Shown: positions 56,613 through 64,000 of the stretch, piece after piece | Layout: each line of letters begins with the position of its first letter | Position numbering within the stretch: the first letter of the stretch is position 1 | From: Candidatus Palauibacter sp. | GTDB lineage: Bacteria; Gemmatimonadota; Gemmatimonadetes; Palauibacterales; Palauibacteraceae | Reading direction: 5' to 3' | Length of the DNA stretch: 64,000 nt | Assembly: GCF_965261555.1 (NCBI RefSeq) | Contig: NZ_OZ253465.1 | Coordinates: 686,667 to 750,666, forward strand | The notes under the pieces: generated by a model | What the model was told of the DNA's origin: nothing | Database searches by the model: none | What the model saw: only the letters and a program-made list of their open reading frames with translations | Position numbers and translations under genes: made by a program

Positions 56613-57065
56613 TTGCAAATCGTGCGAAACCGGCAAGTGCGCTACGCAATCGGCGTCGTTTGCATCCTCGTTGGATTGTCCGGCTGCCTGGATCTGGGGA
56701 TCGGAATCTCCCCGACCGTGGGGAACATGCTCTCGTCCGTGGTCAGCGAGGGATCCGCCCTGCCCGAGTTCGCGCGCGCCGCCGGGGGGCCCGGATCCAT
56801 GCGAGTCTCGGGCCAGATCGTGGGCCGGCTGCGGTGCGATTACCTGTCCCCCGATCTGCGGGAGGTCGACGGAGGGCTGGAGCTGGCCATCACGATCGTG
56901 TCGGGCCGGCAGGGCTGCAACAGCCGGACGCCCTCGACGCTGTCCTACGTGGCGAACATCTACAACGTCGAGCCCGGGTCCTGGTCGATTCTCGTGGAGC
57001 ACCGCTACGAAGGCGTGGACGGAACGCCCGGCGAGCGGCTGTACGACGTCGTCACGGTAAACTAG
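56613..57065 (+). CDS. hypothetical small lipoprotein
   Basis: TTG/GTG start region; lipobox IGVVCILVGLSGC; 150 aa. Confidence 0.4.
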   Translation: MQIVRNRQVRYAIGVVCILVGLSGCLDLGIGISPTVGNMLSSVVSEGSALPEFARAAGGPGSMRVSGQIVGRLRCDYLSPDLREVDGGLELAITIVSGRQGCNSRTPSTLSYVANIYNVEPGSWSILVEHRYEGVDGTPGERLYDVVTVN

Positions 57066-57130
57066 CCGCCGGAAGCCCGCGCCCGCAGCGTCACTCCAAC
57101 GGCTACAGCGTCACCCCGGCGCTCGCGGCG

Positions 57131-57400
57131 TCACTCCAGAGGCTTGGAGCGGGAATGGAGTCCCAGCAGATCCGCGTCGCTCATGTCGGCCAGCGCGCGC
57201 GTGGCCTCGGCCACGCTGCGACTCTCGTGTGGCAGCCAGCGCGGTGGCGCGAAGGGGTCCTCGAGGCACACGAAGTAGATACGGGCCGCGTGCGGCGTAT
57301 TCGGCTGGCCGCCCGAGACGTAGGCTTCCCAGCGGACCATTCCCCCGTCGAGGAAGGTGCGGGAGAGCGCCTTCTTCGGATCCACCCTCGCGCCGCTCAC
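57131..57400 (-). CDS. hypothetical small protein (89 aa), overlapping partner of 57397..57686
   Basis: GTG start overlaps the upstream stop (GTGA). Confidence 0.35.
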   Translation of the reverse strand: MSGARVDPKKALSRTFLDGGMVRWEAYVSGGQPNTPHAARIYFVCLEDPFAPPRWLPHESRSVAEATRALADMSDADLLGLHSRSKPLE

Positions 57401-57686
57401 ACCTTCACCGAGCGCGCGAGCAGTTCGCGGAGTCCCGCCTCGTTCATCTCGGACACGGCCTGCTTCGGCACCTTGGAGATCCCCGGCGGCGCCTGGTTGT
57501 AGCGCTGGGGGATGGTGATGTCGTCCTGGTTCCGGAACATCACGAGCAGCCGGGGCGACTGCTGCGTGGTGCCCGAGAAGATCGAGAACTCGGCCTCCCA
57601 GGTGGCCCCGGACTCGCTCTTGAACCGGGTTCGGGCGCTGTCCGCAGCCCCATCCATCCGGAAGATCAGTTTCTTCAGAAGCGACA
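57397..57686 (-). CDS. hypothetical small protein (96 aa)
   Basis: Start taken at Met51 of the track ORF (MSLLKKLIF..); lower-GC segment; its stop overlaps the start of the next small ORF. Confidence 0.35.
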
Positions 57687-57835
57687 TGGGCGCCACACTA
57701 GGCGAGTCGGGCGCGACCCGCCAGCCCGCGGCCAGCCTGAAGGCTTCCGGTGCGGGCGAGAAGCTGCGACTATGCATTGGATTCGAGCCCGGCGGAGGGT
57801 TTGCGGCCATCCGTCGGCCACGCAAGGAGAACGTC

Positions 57836-59014
57836 ATGCCGGTCCACCGTCGCTCGTCCCGCGCCGCTGCGGCGCCCCGCCTGTACTCTGCGACGATCGT
57901 CTTCCTTCTCGGCGTCTTCGTCCTTCCGTCCGTTGCGGCCGGTCAGGACGCGGACGTCATCGACGCGTTCTCGCGGCGGATCGCGGCGGATGTCGAAGCG
58001 GACGGCATCGGCGGGATCACGGCGGCGGTCTTCAAGGGGGATCAGGTGCTGTGGGCGCAGGGGTTCGGCTGGGCCGATCCGGCGAACCGCGTGCCCGCGG
58101 GGGTGCGAACGATCTACCGGACCGGATCGATCTCGAAGTCGGTGACGGCGATCCTGATGGCGGACCTCGTGGAGGAAGGGACGGTCGCACTCGATGACGC
58201 CGTCGTGGACCACCTGCCCGAGGCCGCCGGCTTCGGGGACCCGCCGGCCGACATGGCGCCGATCACGTTACGGCAATTGGCGAGCCATACGGCCGGCCTC
58301 ATTCGGGAGCCCGAACTCGAAGGCGCCGCTGCGGGGCCGATCGAGGACTGGGGATACAAGATCGTCGCTTCGATCCCCCACACTCGCTACGACACGATGC
58401 CCGGAGCCCGATATCAGTACTCCAACATCGGGTACGGCGTCCTCGGCTACGCGCTGCAGCGGGCCGCCGGGACGTCCTTCATGGACCTCGTCGAGGACCG
58501 CCTGTTCGAACCCCTTGGGATGCGCTCCTCGACCTTCATCGTCGGCCCCGACCTGTGGCGGCGAGTCGCGGTGGGCTTCGCGAACGGAGCCGACGGCGTC
58601 GTGAACTCCGACTTTCCGGCGCTCGAGCACGACGGACGCGGATACAAGGTGCCGAACGGCGGTGTCTACGCGACGGTCGGAGATCTTGCGACGTTCGCGG
58701 CCGCGGTCATGGGCATGACCGAACACGAACTCCTGGAGCCGGCGACCCGACGGGAGGTCATGACGGTCCAGACGCCCGAGGATCCCGACGCGGGGTACGG
58801 ACTCGGCTTCTCGATTCGTCCTGTCGCGCTCGAGGGCGGCGCCGTGCGGTTCGTCGGCCACGGCGGTTCCGTCGCCGGATACAACATGTACCTCGTGTTC
58901 GAACCCGAGAGCGGCTACGGCGTCGCGCTTGGCCGCAACTACAATCGCGGCGCCACCAACCTCGGCGAGGCCGGGAACGGGCTCCTCCAGGCGCTGCTCG
59001 AGGCCGGCGGTTGA
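57836..59014 (+). CDS. beta-lactamase-fold serine hydrolase (class C / PBP4-like family) with signal peptide
   Basis: Met109 of the track ORF followed by a signal peptide; active-site SISK (S-x-x-K), YSN, and HGG near the C-terminus. Confidence 0.85.
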   Translation: MPVHRRSSRAAAAPRLYSATIVFLLGVFVLPSVAAGQDADVIDAFSRRIAADVEADGIGGITAAVFKGDQVLWAQGFGWADPANRVPAGVRTIYRTGSISKSVTAILMADLVEEGTVALDDAVVDHLPEAAGFGDPPADMAPITLRQLASHTAGLIREPELEGAAAGPIEDWGYKIVASIPHTRYDTMPGARYQYSNIGYGVLGYALQRAAGTSFMDLVEDRLFEPLGMRSSTFIVGPDLWRRVAVGFANGADGVVNSDFPALEHDGRGYKVPNGGVYATVGDLATFAAAVMGMTEHELLEPATRREVMTVQTPEDPDAGYGLGFSIRPVALEGGAVRFVGHGGSVAGYNMYLVFEPESGYGVALGRNYNRGATNLGEAGNGLLQALLEAGG

Positions 59015-60105
59015 CCTCCCCCACCCGTCCGCTCCTCCGCGGCACCGCGCCGCTCCTCCTGCGGGCAGCCGCTCTCGCGCTGGCGGCGGCCGCTCTCGCG
59101 CTGGCGGCGGCCGCTCTCGCGCCGTACCCGGCCGCGGCGCAGGAGGAAGAGGAAGAGCGGGTCCTCCGCATTTGCCGGCAACTCGGTCAGGCGGAGCTCG
59201 AAGTCGGCATCGAGGGCACGATCCGGGACGATGAGAGCAAGGTTCCGCTGCCAGGGGCGACGGTCGTGATCCGCTACGAGGCCGAACGCGGGCTGCCGAC
59301 GCCGGAGGACGTGCGGCTCGAGGCGGATGGGCGAGGGCGATACCAGGCCTGCGGCCTCGAGGCGTTTCGGGAGATCCGGGTGCGCCCGAACTATCGGTCC
59401 CGGCGCGGGAAGGAGCGCAAGGTCGAACTCGACCGGTCGAAGTTCGTCGACCTCGAGGTGGATATGGGGGACGCCGCCTTCGTCGTCCTCTCCGTCGTGG
59501 ACGCCGCTGACGGGCGACCGGTGGCAGGCGCGCAGATCGACTTCTCCCCGCTGCCCGTCTCCGGGGTCACGGATTCTCTCGGACGCGCGGCGTTCCGCTC
59601 CATGCCGCCGCTCACCTACGGTCTGCGCGTCGCGCACATCGGTTACGCGCCCCTCGAGACCGACATCAACATCCTCACGGACCAGAGCGCGGAATTCCGC
59701 GTCGAACTCAACACCCGGGCGATCGCGCTCGCGCCGATCGAGGTGAGAGTGACCGGCCGCGACCCGTTTCTGCTCACGTCGGGGTTCTACGAACGCCGCC
59801 AGTCCATCGACGAGGGCTACTTCGCGACCTACCCGGAGATCGACCAGTTCGTGCACCTCGGGCAGGTGTTCCAGTTTAAACGGGAACTCTCCGTCCGGTA
59901 CCGCCGGAACCAGCTCATCCTCCTCAACGGCCGGCCGGCCGGCCGCCTCGGGTTCACTCGGAGAAACCTGGACGAACTGAAATTCGACACCGTTCGGGGC
60001 ATCGAGGCGTACAGGTGCAGCGAGGCGCCGCCGGAGATCATGAACCAGGTGCCGAACGCCAGGCTCCTGACCGACTGCAACCTCGTCGCGATCTGGACGT
60101 ACTGA
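59011..60105 (+). CDS. secreted protein: carboxypeptidase-regulatory-like domains + plug-like C-terminal domain (paralog of 55193..56425)
   Basis: TTG start overlaps the upstream stop (TTGA); Ala/Leu signal peptide containing a 21-bp tandem repeat; C-terminus ..TVRGIEAYRCSEAPPEIMN..LVAIWTY. Confidence 0.55.
   Translation: MTSPTRPLLRGTAPLLLRAAALALAAAALALAAAALAPYPAAAQEEEEERVLRICRQLGQAELEVGIEGTIRDDESKVPLPGATVVIRYEAERGLPTPEDVRLEADGRGRYQACGLEAFREIRVRPNYRSRRGKERKVELDRSKFVDLEVDMGDAAFVVLSVVDAADGRPVAGAQIDFSPLPVSGVTDSLGRAAFRSMPPLTYGLRVAHIGYAPLETDINILTDQSAEFRVELNTRAIALAPIEVRVTGRDPFLLTSGFYERRQSIDEGYFATYPEIDQFVHLGQVFQFKRELSVRYRRNQLILLNGRPAGRLGFTRRNLDELKFDTVRGIEAYRCSEAPPEIMNQVPNARLLTDCNLVAIWTY
59068..59124 (+). 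repeat. 21-bp tandem repeat (about 2.7 units of gccgctctcgcgctggcggcg) within the signal-peptide-coding region
   Basis: Units at 59068 and 59089 are identical, with a partial third unit at 59110. Confidence 0.8.
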
Positions 60106-60141
60106 CCCCCCGAGACCGCCTCCTCCTGACAGGACGATTCC

Positions 60142-61569
60142 TTGAGCGACACTGGTCGGCCCGAAGGGGAAACTGCGACTCCCCCACGTTCCGGAGTGTG
60201 GAGGACGCTTCGGGCGCTGCTGTGGGGAACGCACGAGGACTTCACGTCGGGAAGCCTGAACCGCGGGGTCCTGCTCCTCGCCATCCCGATGGTGCTGGAG
60301 ATGGCGGGGGAGTCGCTCTTCTTCCTCGTGGACATGGCTGTCGTGAGCCGGCTCGGGGCCGGCGCCCTGGCCGCGATCGCCCTCACGGAAGCGATGCTGT
60401 CCGTCATCTATTCGATCGCGATGGGCCTCGCGATGGCCACCACGGCGATGGTCGCGAGACGGACGGGAGAGAAGGACGAGCGCGGCGCAGCGAGGGCCGC
60501 CGTGCAGGCGATCGTGCTGAGCGTCGGGATCGCCGTGGTCCTCGGCCTCGCCGGGGCGATGACGGCCCCGTGGCTGCTCCGGGTCATGGGAGGATCCCCG
60601 GAAGTCGTCGCCGCGGGCACGACCTTCGCGCGCATCCAGCTCGGCGGGATGGTCGTCATCATCCTCCTCTTCGTGAACAACGCGATCTACCGGGGGGCGG
60701 GCGACCCATCGATGGCCATGCGTTCCGTGTGGCTGGCGAACGGGATCAACATCGTGCTCGACCCCGTGCTCGTGTTCGGCCTCTGGATCTTCCCGGAACT
60801 CGGCCTCCCGGGCGCCGCCGTGGCCACGACGACCGGACGCGGGATCGGGGCCGTGTACCAGTTGTGGCACCTGTCGCGCGGCGAGCGCATCCGGGTGCGG
60901 CGCGACGACCTCCGGGTCCGTTTGCCCGTCATCGGCCGGCTAATCCGCGTGTCGGTCGGGGGCGTGGGCCAGATGCTCGTGACCCAGGTCAGCTACATCG
61001 CCTCGATCCGGATCCTGTCCGAGTTCGGGACGATCGCGCTCGCCGGCTACACGATGGCCATCCGCGTCGTCATCTTCATCATCCTCCCCGCCTGGGGCCT
61101 CGCGAACGCCGCCGCCACGCTCGTGGGCCAGAATCTCGGCGCGGAGAAGCCGGATCGCGCCGAGCGGGCCGTCTACCTCACGGGCTTCTGGAACATGCTG
61201 TTCATGGCCGTGGTAACGGTCGTTTTCGTGGCCTTCCCTGAGCCGATTCTCGCGCCGTTCGCCCCGGACCCGGAGACGCTCGACGTGGGCGTCCGCGCGC
61301 TCCGGATCATCAGCTACGGGTACATCTTCTACGCCTGGGGCATGGTGACGATGCAGGCCTTCAACGGAGCCGGCGACACGGCGACGCCGACCTGGATCAA
61401 CATCTGGGTCTTCTGGTTCTTCCAGCTCCCCGTCGCGGCGCTCCTCGCGTTCGGCGCCGGGTGGGGCGAGACGGGCGTGTTCTGGTCGTTCGCGGTCGCC
61501 TACTCCCTGTCGGCCGTCGTCGGCCTCTACCTCTTCCGCCGCGGCCGCTGGAAGCAGAAGGAGGTGTAG
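60142..61569 (+). CDS. MATE family efflux transporter
   Basis: 475 aa, 12 TM; MatE patterns (LAIPMVLEM.., ..AMRSVWLANGINIVLDPVLVFG..); TTG start. Confidence 0.85.
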   Translation: MSDTGRPEGETATPPRSGVWRTLRALLWGTHEDFTSGSLNRGVLLLAIPMVLEMAGESLFFLVDMAVVSRLGAGALAAIALTEAMLSVIYSIAMGLAMATTAMVARRTGEKDERGAARAAVQAIVLSVGIAVVLGLAGAMTAPWLLRVMGGSPEVVAAGTTFARIQLGGMVVIILLFVNNAIYRGAGDPSMAMRSVWLANGINIVLDPVLVFGLWIFPELGLPGAAVATTTGRGIGAVYQLWHLSRGERIRVRRDDLRVRLPVIGRLIRVSVGGVGQMLVTQVSYIASIRILSEFGTIALAGYTMAIRVVIFIILPAWGLANAAATLVGQNLGAEKPDRAERAVYLTGFWNMLFMAVVTVVFVAFPEPILAPFAPDPETLDVGVRALRIISYGYIFYAWGMVTMQAFNGAGDTATPTWINIWVFWFFQLPVAALLAFGAGWGETGVFWSFAVAYSLSAVVGLYLFRRGRWKQKEV

Positions 61570-61702
61570 CTCGCGGTCGGTGCGGCGCTCTACGTGTCCT
61601 CTCAATTGGTGTGCCTGATAATTGCCAGTGCGCCAAGAAACCGGTTCCACGGATCTGCTCGGCCAGGTGCAATAGTCGTGTCGCGCCGAATCACTGGTTG
61701 CC

Positions 61703-62101
61703 TCAGCTGTAGCTGCACGCACCTTCCAGCCCCTTCCGTCGCCAGCCGGCGGGATCGGTCCCAAGCTGACTTGACGCCGAGACGAGGGAGTCGTCGAGGT
61801 CGAACTCGTGGGGACGAGCCGCAATCGGGAGACGGCGAAGGCCGACTTGACGAGCTGTCGAAGGGAGGATGCGCGAAGGTGGAATGGGTGGGCTTGATCC
61901 TGGCACCAGGAAGGTGTTTTGACGGAAGACCTCGAGGAGATTGCCGATCGCGTCGTTGTCGTGGCCGGAGGGAAACTTGTGAGTGACTGCGATATCCCGG
62001 AGGGTGCGGCGCCGACCGGCCTTGGCGGTGCGCTTGTCCCCTGCACGTACCTCAACGAACATCGGGACGTCCATGCAGTTGCTCCGTGAACGAGGTGTCA
62101 C
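61703..62101 (-). mobile_element. IS5-family-like transposase fragment (decayed, about 130 aa)
   Basis: ..GRRRTLRDIAVTHKFPSGHDNDAIGNLLEVFRQNTFLVPGSSPPIPPSRILP.. resembles the DDE-region order of IS5 transposases (..ADKGYDSDAIRELLE..PVIPPRSNR..); the segment 61570-62070 has lower GC; no intact ORF or terminal inverted repeats were identified. Confidence 0.4.
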
Positions 62102-62348
62102 GTGTGCAATCGGGAAGGCGCTCTTCGATGACGAGGGCCGAATCTGGGTCGCCCGCTTCGAGCCCTTCGTGTTCGTCGAGAGGCTTTACTACGTGCTCGA
62201 ACCCGATGGCGAACCTGTGGCGCGACTCCGGATCCCGGCGGAAAAACGGGCGCTGCTCTCCGGCGTTCGCGGCGATCGAGTGCTGCTGGCCGGAAAGGAC
62301 GCGCTCGACGTCCCGCGGATCGAGGTCGTACGGATCCGGAAGCCCTGA
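62071..62348 (+). pseudogene. 5'-truncated C-terminal fragment of an NHL-propeller paralog
   Basis: ..GRIWVARFEPFVFVE..EPDGEPVARLRIPAE..LLAGKDALDVPRIEVVRIRKP* resembles the last ~90 aa of the array paralogs; the upstream part is replaced by the IS-like fragment. Confidence 0.45.
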
Positions 62349-62388
62349 CGCCTGGGGTCTGGTGACAAGGAGGTGTAGGCGAACCAGG

Positions 62389-63804
62389 CTAGGCGGAGCA
62401 CCGGATGCGGCCCGGGGACCCGCTAGACCGAAGCGCGAGCACGACGCGAACCTGCGCCCCCTCGGCGACATCTACGGTCTGCACGGAGCTGTCGAAGCCT
62501 CCACACAGGGCACGGATCTTGTATGAGCCCGGGGGAAGACCCGTCAGCGAGAATGCGCCCGTGCGGTCCGTTACGGCGCGGAAATCCGTATCGTCGACGG
62601 TGATACGTACGGCCTCGAGCGGCTGGCGGGTCACCTCGTTGACAGCGAGACCCGTGACCGATCCCGGAGGGGTAACGGGCGCGCTGAGCCTCACCTCGGC
62701 GCCCGCCCTGGCCGGAACCACCGAGGGAAGGCCCGAATGGGGGCCGTAGGCGGCCGTCAGTTCCAGGGTTACGTCGGCCGGGAGATCGCACAGCCGGTAT
62801 CGTCCGATCGAGTCTGTGCGGACCACGGTTTCGACGCGTTCGAGGCCGTTGGGATCCTCGGGATTCGCGTAAGACGCGAACACATGCGCGGCGGGTAGCC
62901 GGACCTGAGTAACCTCGTCTTCCACCAATCCGTTCACCGCCACTTCGCCGGACCGGCCGGCGGGCTCGCACAGGTTGACCTCGATCTTGGGGATCTCCGC
63001 CTCCGCCGCCGTCCAGTTGGACCACAGGATGATCGCGCCGCAGGTCATGGTGCCCGGGTTCCAAGCAAAGAACGGGATCTTGCTACCGGGTTGGTACAAC
63101 TCCGCAGCACCGACATCGTACGCCGAAAGTTCTTCCAGCAGTGTCGGGATCGGCTCCGCGGGAGAACGGGCGGTTCCCGCCGGATTCAGGGAGTACGACC
63201 TGCTCGTCCCCCAACCGTCGGCCTGTCCGACCGGCCTCCGGTCGAGGTATACGGGGATCTTTCGGCACCGCGGCAACGGGGCCCGCATCTGGAGAGTCGA
63301 CATGAAGTCCGAGAGCCTCACGAAGCCTACCTTGTTCGCCTCGATCCATTCGGGCTCAAGGAAGACGCCCCAGCCCTCCTCCATGCGTTCGTAGAAGCCG
63401 GACTCCGCGAGGCGGGGCGGGCGTCCTTCCACGTCGACTTCGAGCGGATCCAGCGGGATCGCTTGCGGCTGCAGGCGCACATCCAGCCGCGGTGGGGCCT
63501 GGGAGCCGATCTCCAACGGGGCACTGAGGACCTCGTAGCCGAGGCGCCGCACGGCGAGCGTGTATGTCCCCGGCGCAACTTGAGCGAAGGCGAACGCGCC
63601 GTCGGGTCCCGTGATGGTTTCCCGAGCCGAACCCGACGGGTCGGCCAGCCGGACTGTCGCGCCTTCGATCGGCTCGCCCGTTCCATCGTCGGTGATCGTC
63701 CCCTCGATCCGAACCGCCTCCTGGGCGTTCGCGGCGTCGGGCAGGAAGGCGTTCCCCGCCACGAGGACGACGGCCAGAGCCAACAGAGGGACCCTCTTCG
63801 TCAT
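62389..63804 (-). CDS. secreted protein: N- and C-terminal carboxypeptidase-regulatory-like domains flanking a plug-like region (third paralog)
   Basis: Start MTKRVPLLALAVVLVAGNA (Met17 of the track ORF); ..GFYERMEEGWGVF.. is shared with 59011..60105 (GFYERRQSIDEGYF). Confidence 0.55.
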   Translation of the reverse strand: MTKRVPLLALAVVLVAGNAFLPDAANAQEAVRIEGTITDDGTGEPIEGATVRLADPSGSARETITGPDGAFAFAQVAPGTYTLAVRRLGYEVLSAPLEIGSQAPPRLDVRLQPQAIPLDPLEVDVEGRPPRLAESGFYERMEEGWGVFLEPEWIEANKVGFVRLSDFMSTLQMRAPLPRCRKIPVYLDRRPVGQADGWGTSRSYSLNPAGTARSPAEPIPTLLEELSAYDVGAAELYQPGSKIPFFAWNPGTMTCGAIILWSNWTAAEAEIPKIEVNLCEPAGRSGEVAVNGLVEDEVTQVRLPAAHVFASYANPEDPNGLERVETVVRTDSIGRYRLCDLPADVTLELTAAYGPHSGLPSVVPARAGAEVRLSAPVTPPGSVTGLAVNEVTRQPLEAVRITVDDTDFRAVTDRTGAFSLTGLPPGSYKIRALCGGFDSSVQTVDVAEGAQVRVVLALRSSGSPGRIRCSA

Positions 63805-63823
63805 CCCTGGCAGCCCTTTCCGG

Positions 63824-64000
63824 CTAGATGGAGCACGTGCCGCGTCTCGCAAGTTGCGTCGAGCGCAGGTGGAGGACGAGGGCCACGCTCCCTCCCTCGG
63901 CCAGTTCCACCTCGTGCGTGGGACCCGTATACCCGGCGCACACGGCCCGTATCCTGTAGGACCCCGGCGGAAGATCCTCGAGGGAAAACCTGCCCGCCCG
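63824..64000 (-). CDS. C-terminal end of another carboxypeptidase-regulatory-like domain protein (partial; continues beyond the window)
   Basis: The reverse strand encodes ..GRFSLEDLPPGSYRIRAVCAGYTGPTHEVELAEGGSVALVLHLRSTQLARRGTCSI*, parallel to the C-terminus of 62389..63804. Confidence 0.45.
   Translation of the reverse strand, partial: RAGRFSLEDLPPGSYRIRAVCAGYTGPTHEVELAEGGSVALVLHLRSTQLARRGTCSI

Noticed and set aside
53736-57502. ORFs 53736..56498 (-, 920 aa) and 54413..57502 (+, 1029 aa)
   Set aside because: They span several real genes (tupBC, the plug-like gene, the lipoprotein) in wrong frames or antisense. They are artefacts of stop-codon depletion in high-GC DNA.
1-64000. CRISPR arrays, rRNA or tRNA genes
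   Set aside because: No direct-repeat/spacer periodicity, no rRNA-like conserved stretches and no tRNA T-loop-like (GTTCRANYC) motifs were seen on reading the intergenic regions. Intergenic space is small throughout.

Overview
This is a high-GC (~70%) bacterial chromosomal window, densely coded, with no rRNA, tRNA or CRISPR recognised. Locations are 1-based window coordinates (strand).

Housekeeping genes include a partial dinB, carB, an argG-argH-argR cluster with a candidate ARG-box promoter, trpE, rocD, ubiE/menG, folE2 and mogA.

Accessory content:
- A putative metal-handling module: DUF3299 protein, ABC ATPase and an FtsX-like permease carrying a histidine-rich repeat loop.
- A HigB toxin followed by an E. 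coli-type HigA fused to an ImmA/IrrE metallopeptidase, in a lower-GC region.
- Two tandem DUF2723 (GT-C-like) membrane-protein paralogs.
- An ABC-2 (natAB-like) pair fused to a tupABC tungstate/molybdate operon through overlapping start and stop codons.
- A family of barrel-less proteins made of a carboxypeptidase-regulatory-like domain plus a TonB-plug-like C-terminus.
- A beta-lactamase-fold serine hydrolase and a MATE efflux pump.
- A decayed IS5-like transposase fragment.

The most striking structure is a long same-strand block at 28355..43411 (-). It runs from an ECF sigma factor, through a membrane anti-sigma with a duplicated N-terminal motif, a HEAT-repeat protein and a TlpA-like thioredoxin lipoprotein, into seven tandem NHL-type beta-propeller lipoprotein paralogs. 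Several of those paralogs are translationally coupled by 4-nt GTGA/ATGA overlaps. The array is interrupted by a lower-GC Abi_2 (abortive-infection-like) gene on the opposite strand and flanked by decayed paralog fragments. An eighth, divergent propeller paralog lies at 2931..4298 (+).

Because of the high GC content, many long ORFs in the six-frame track are antisense artefacts. "M" in that track often stands for a GTG or TTG start.
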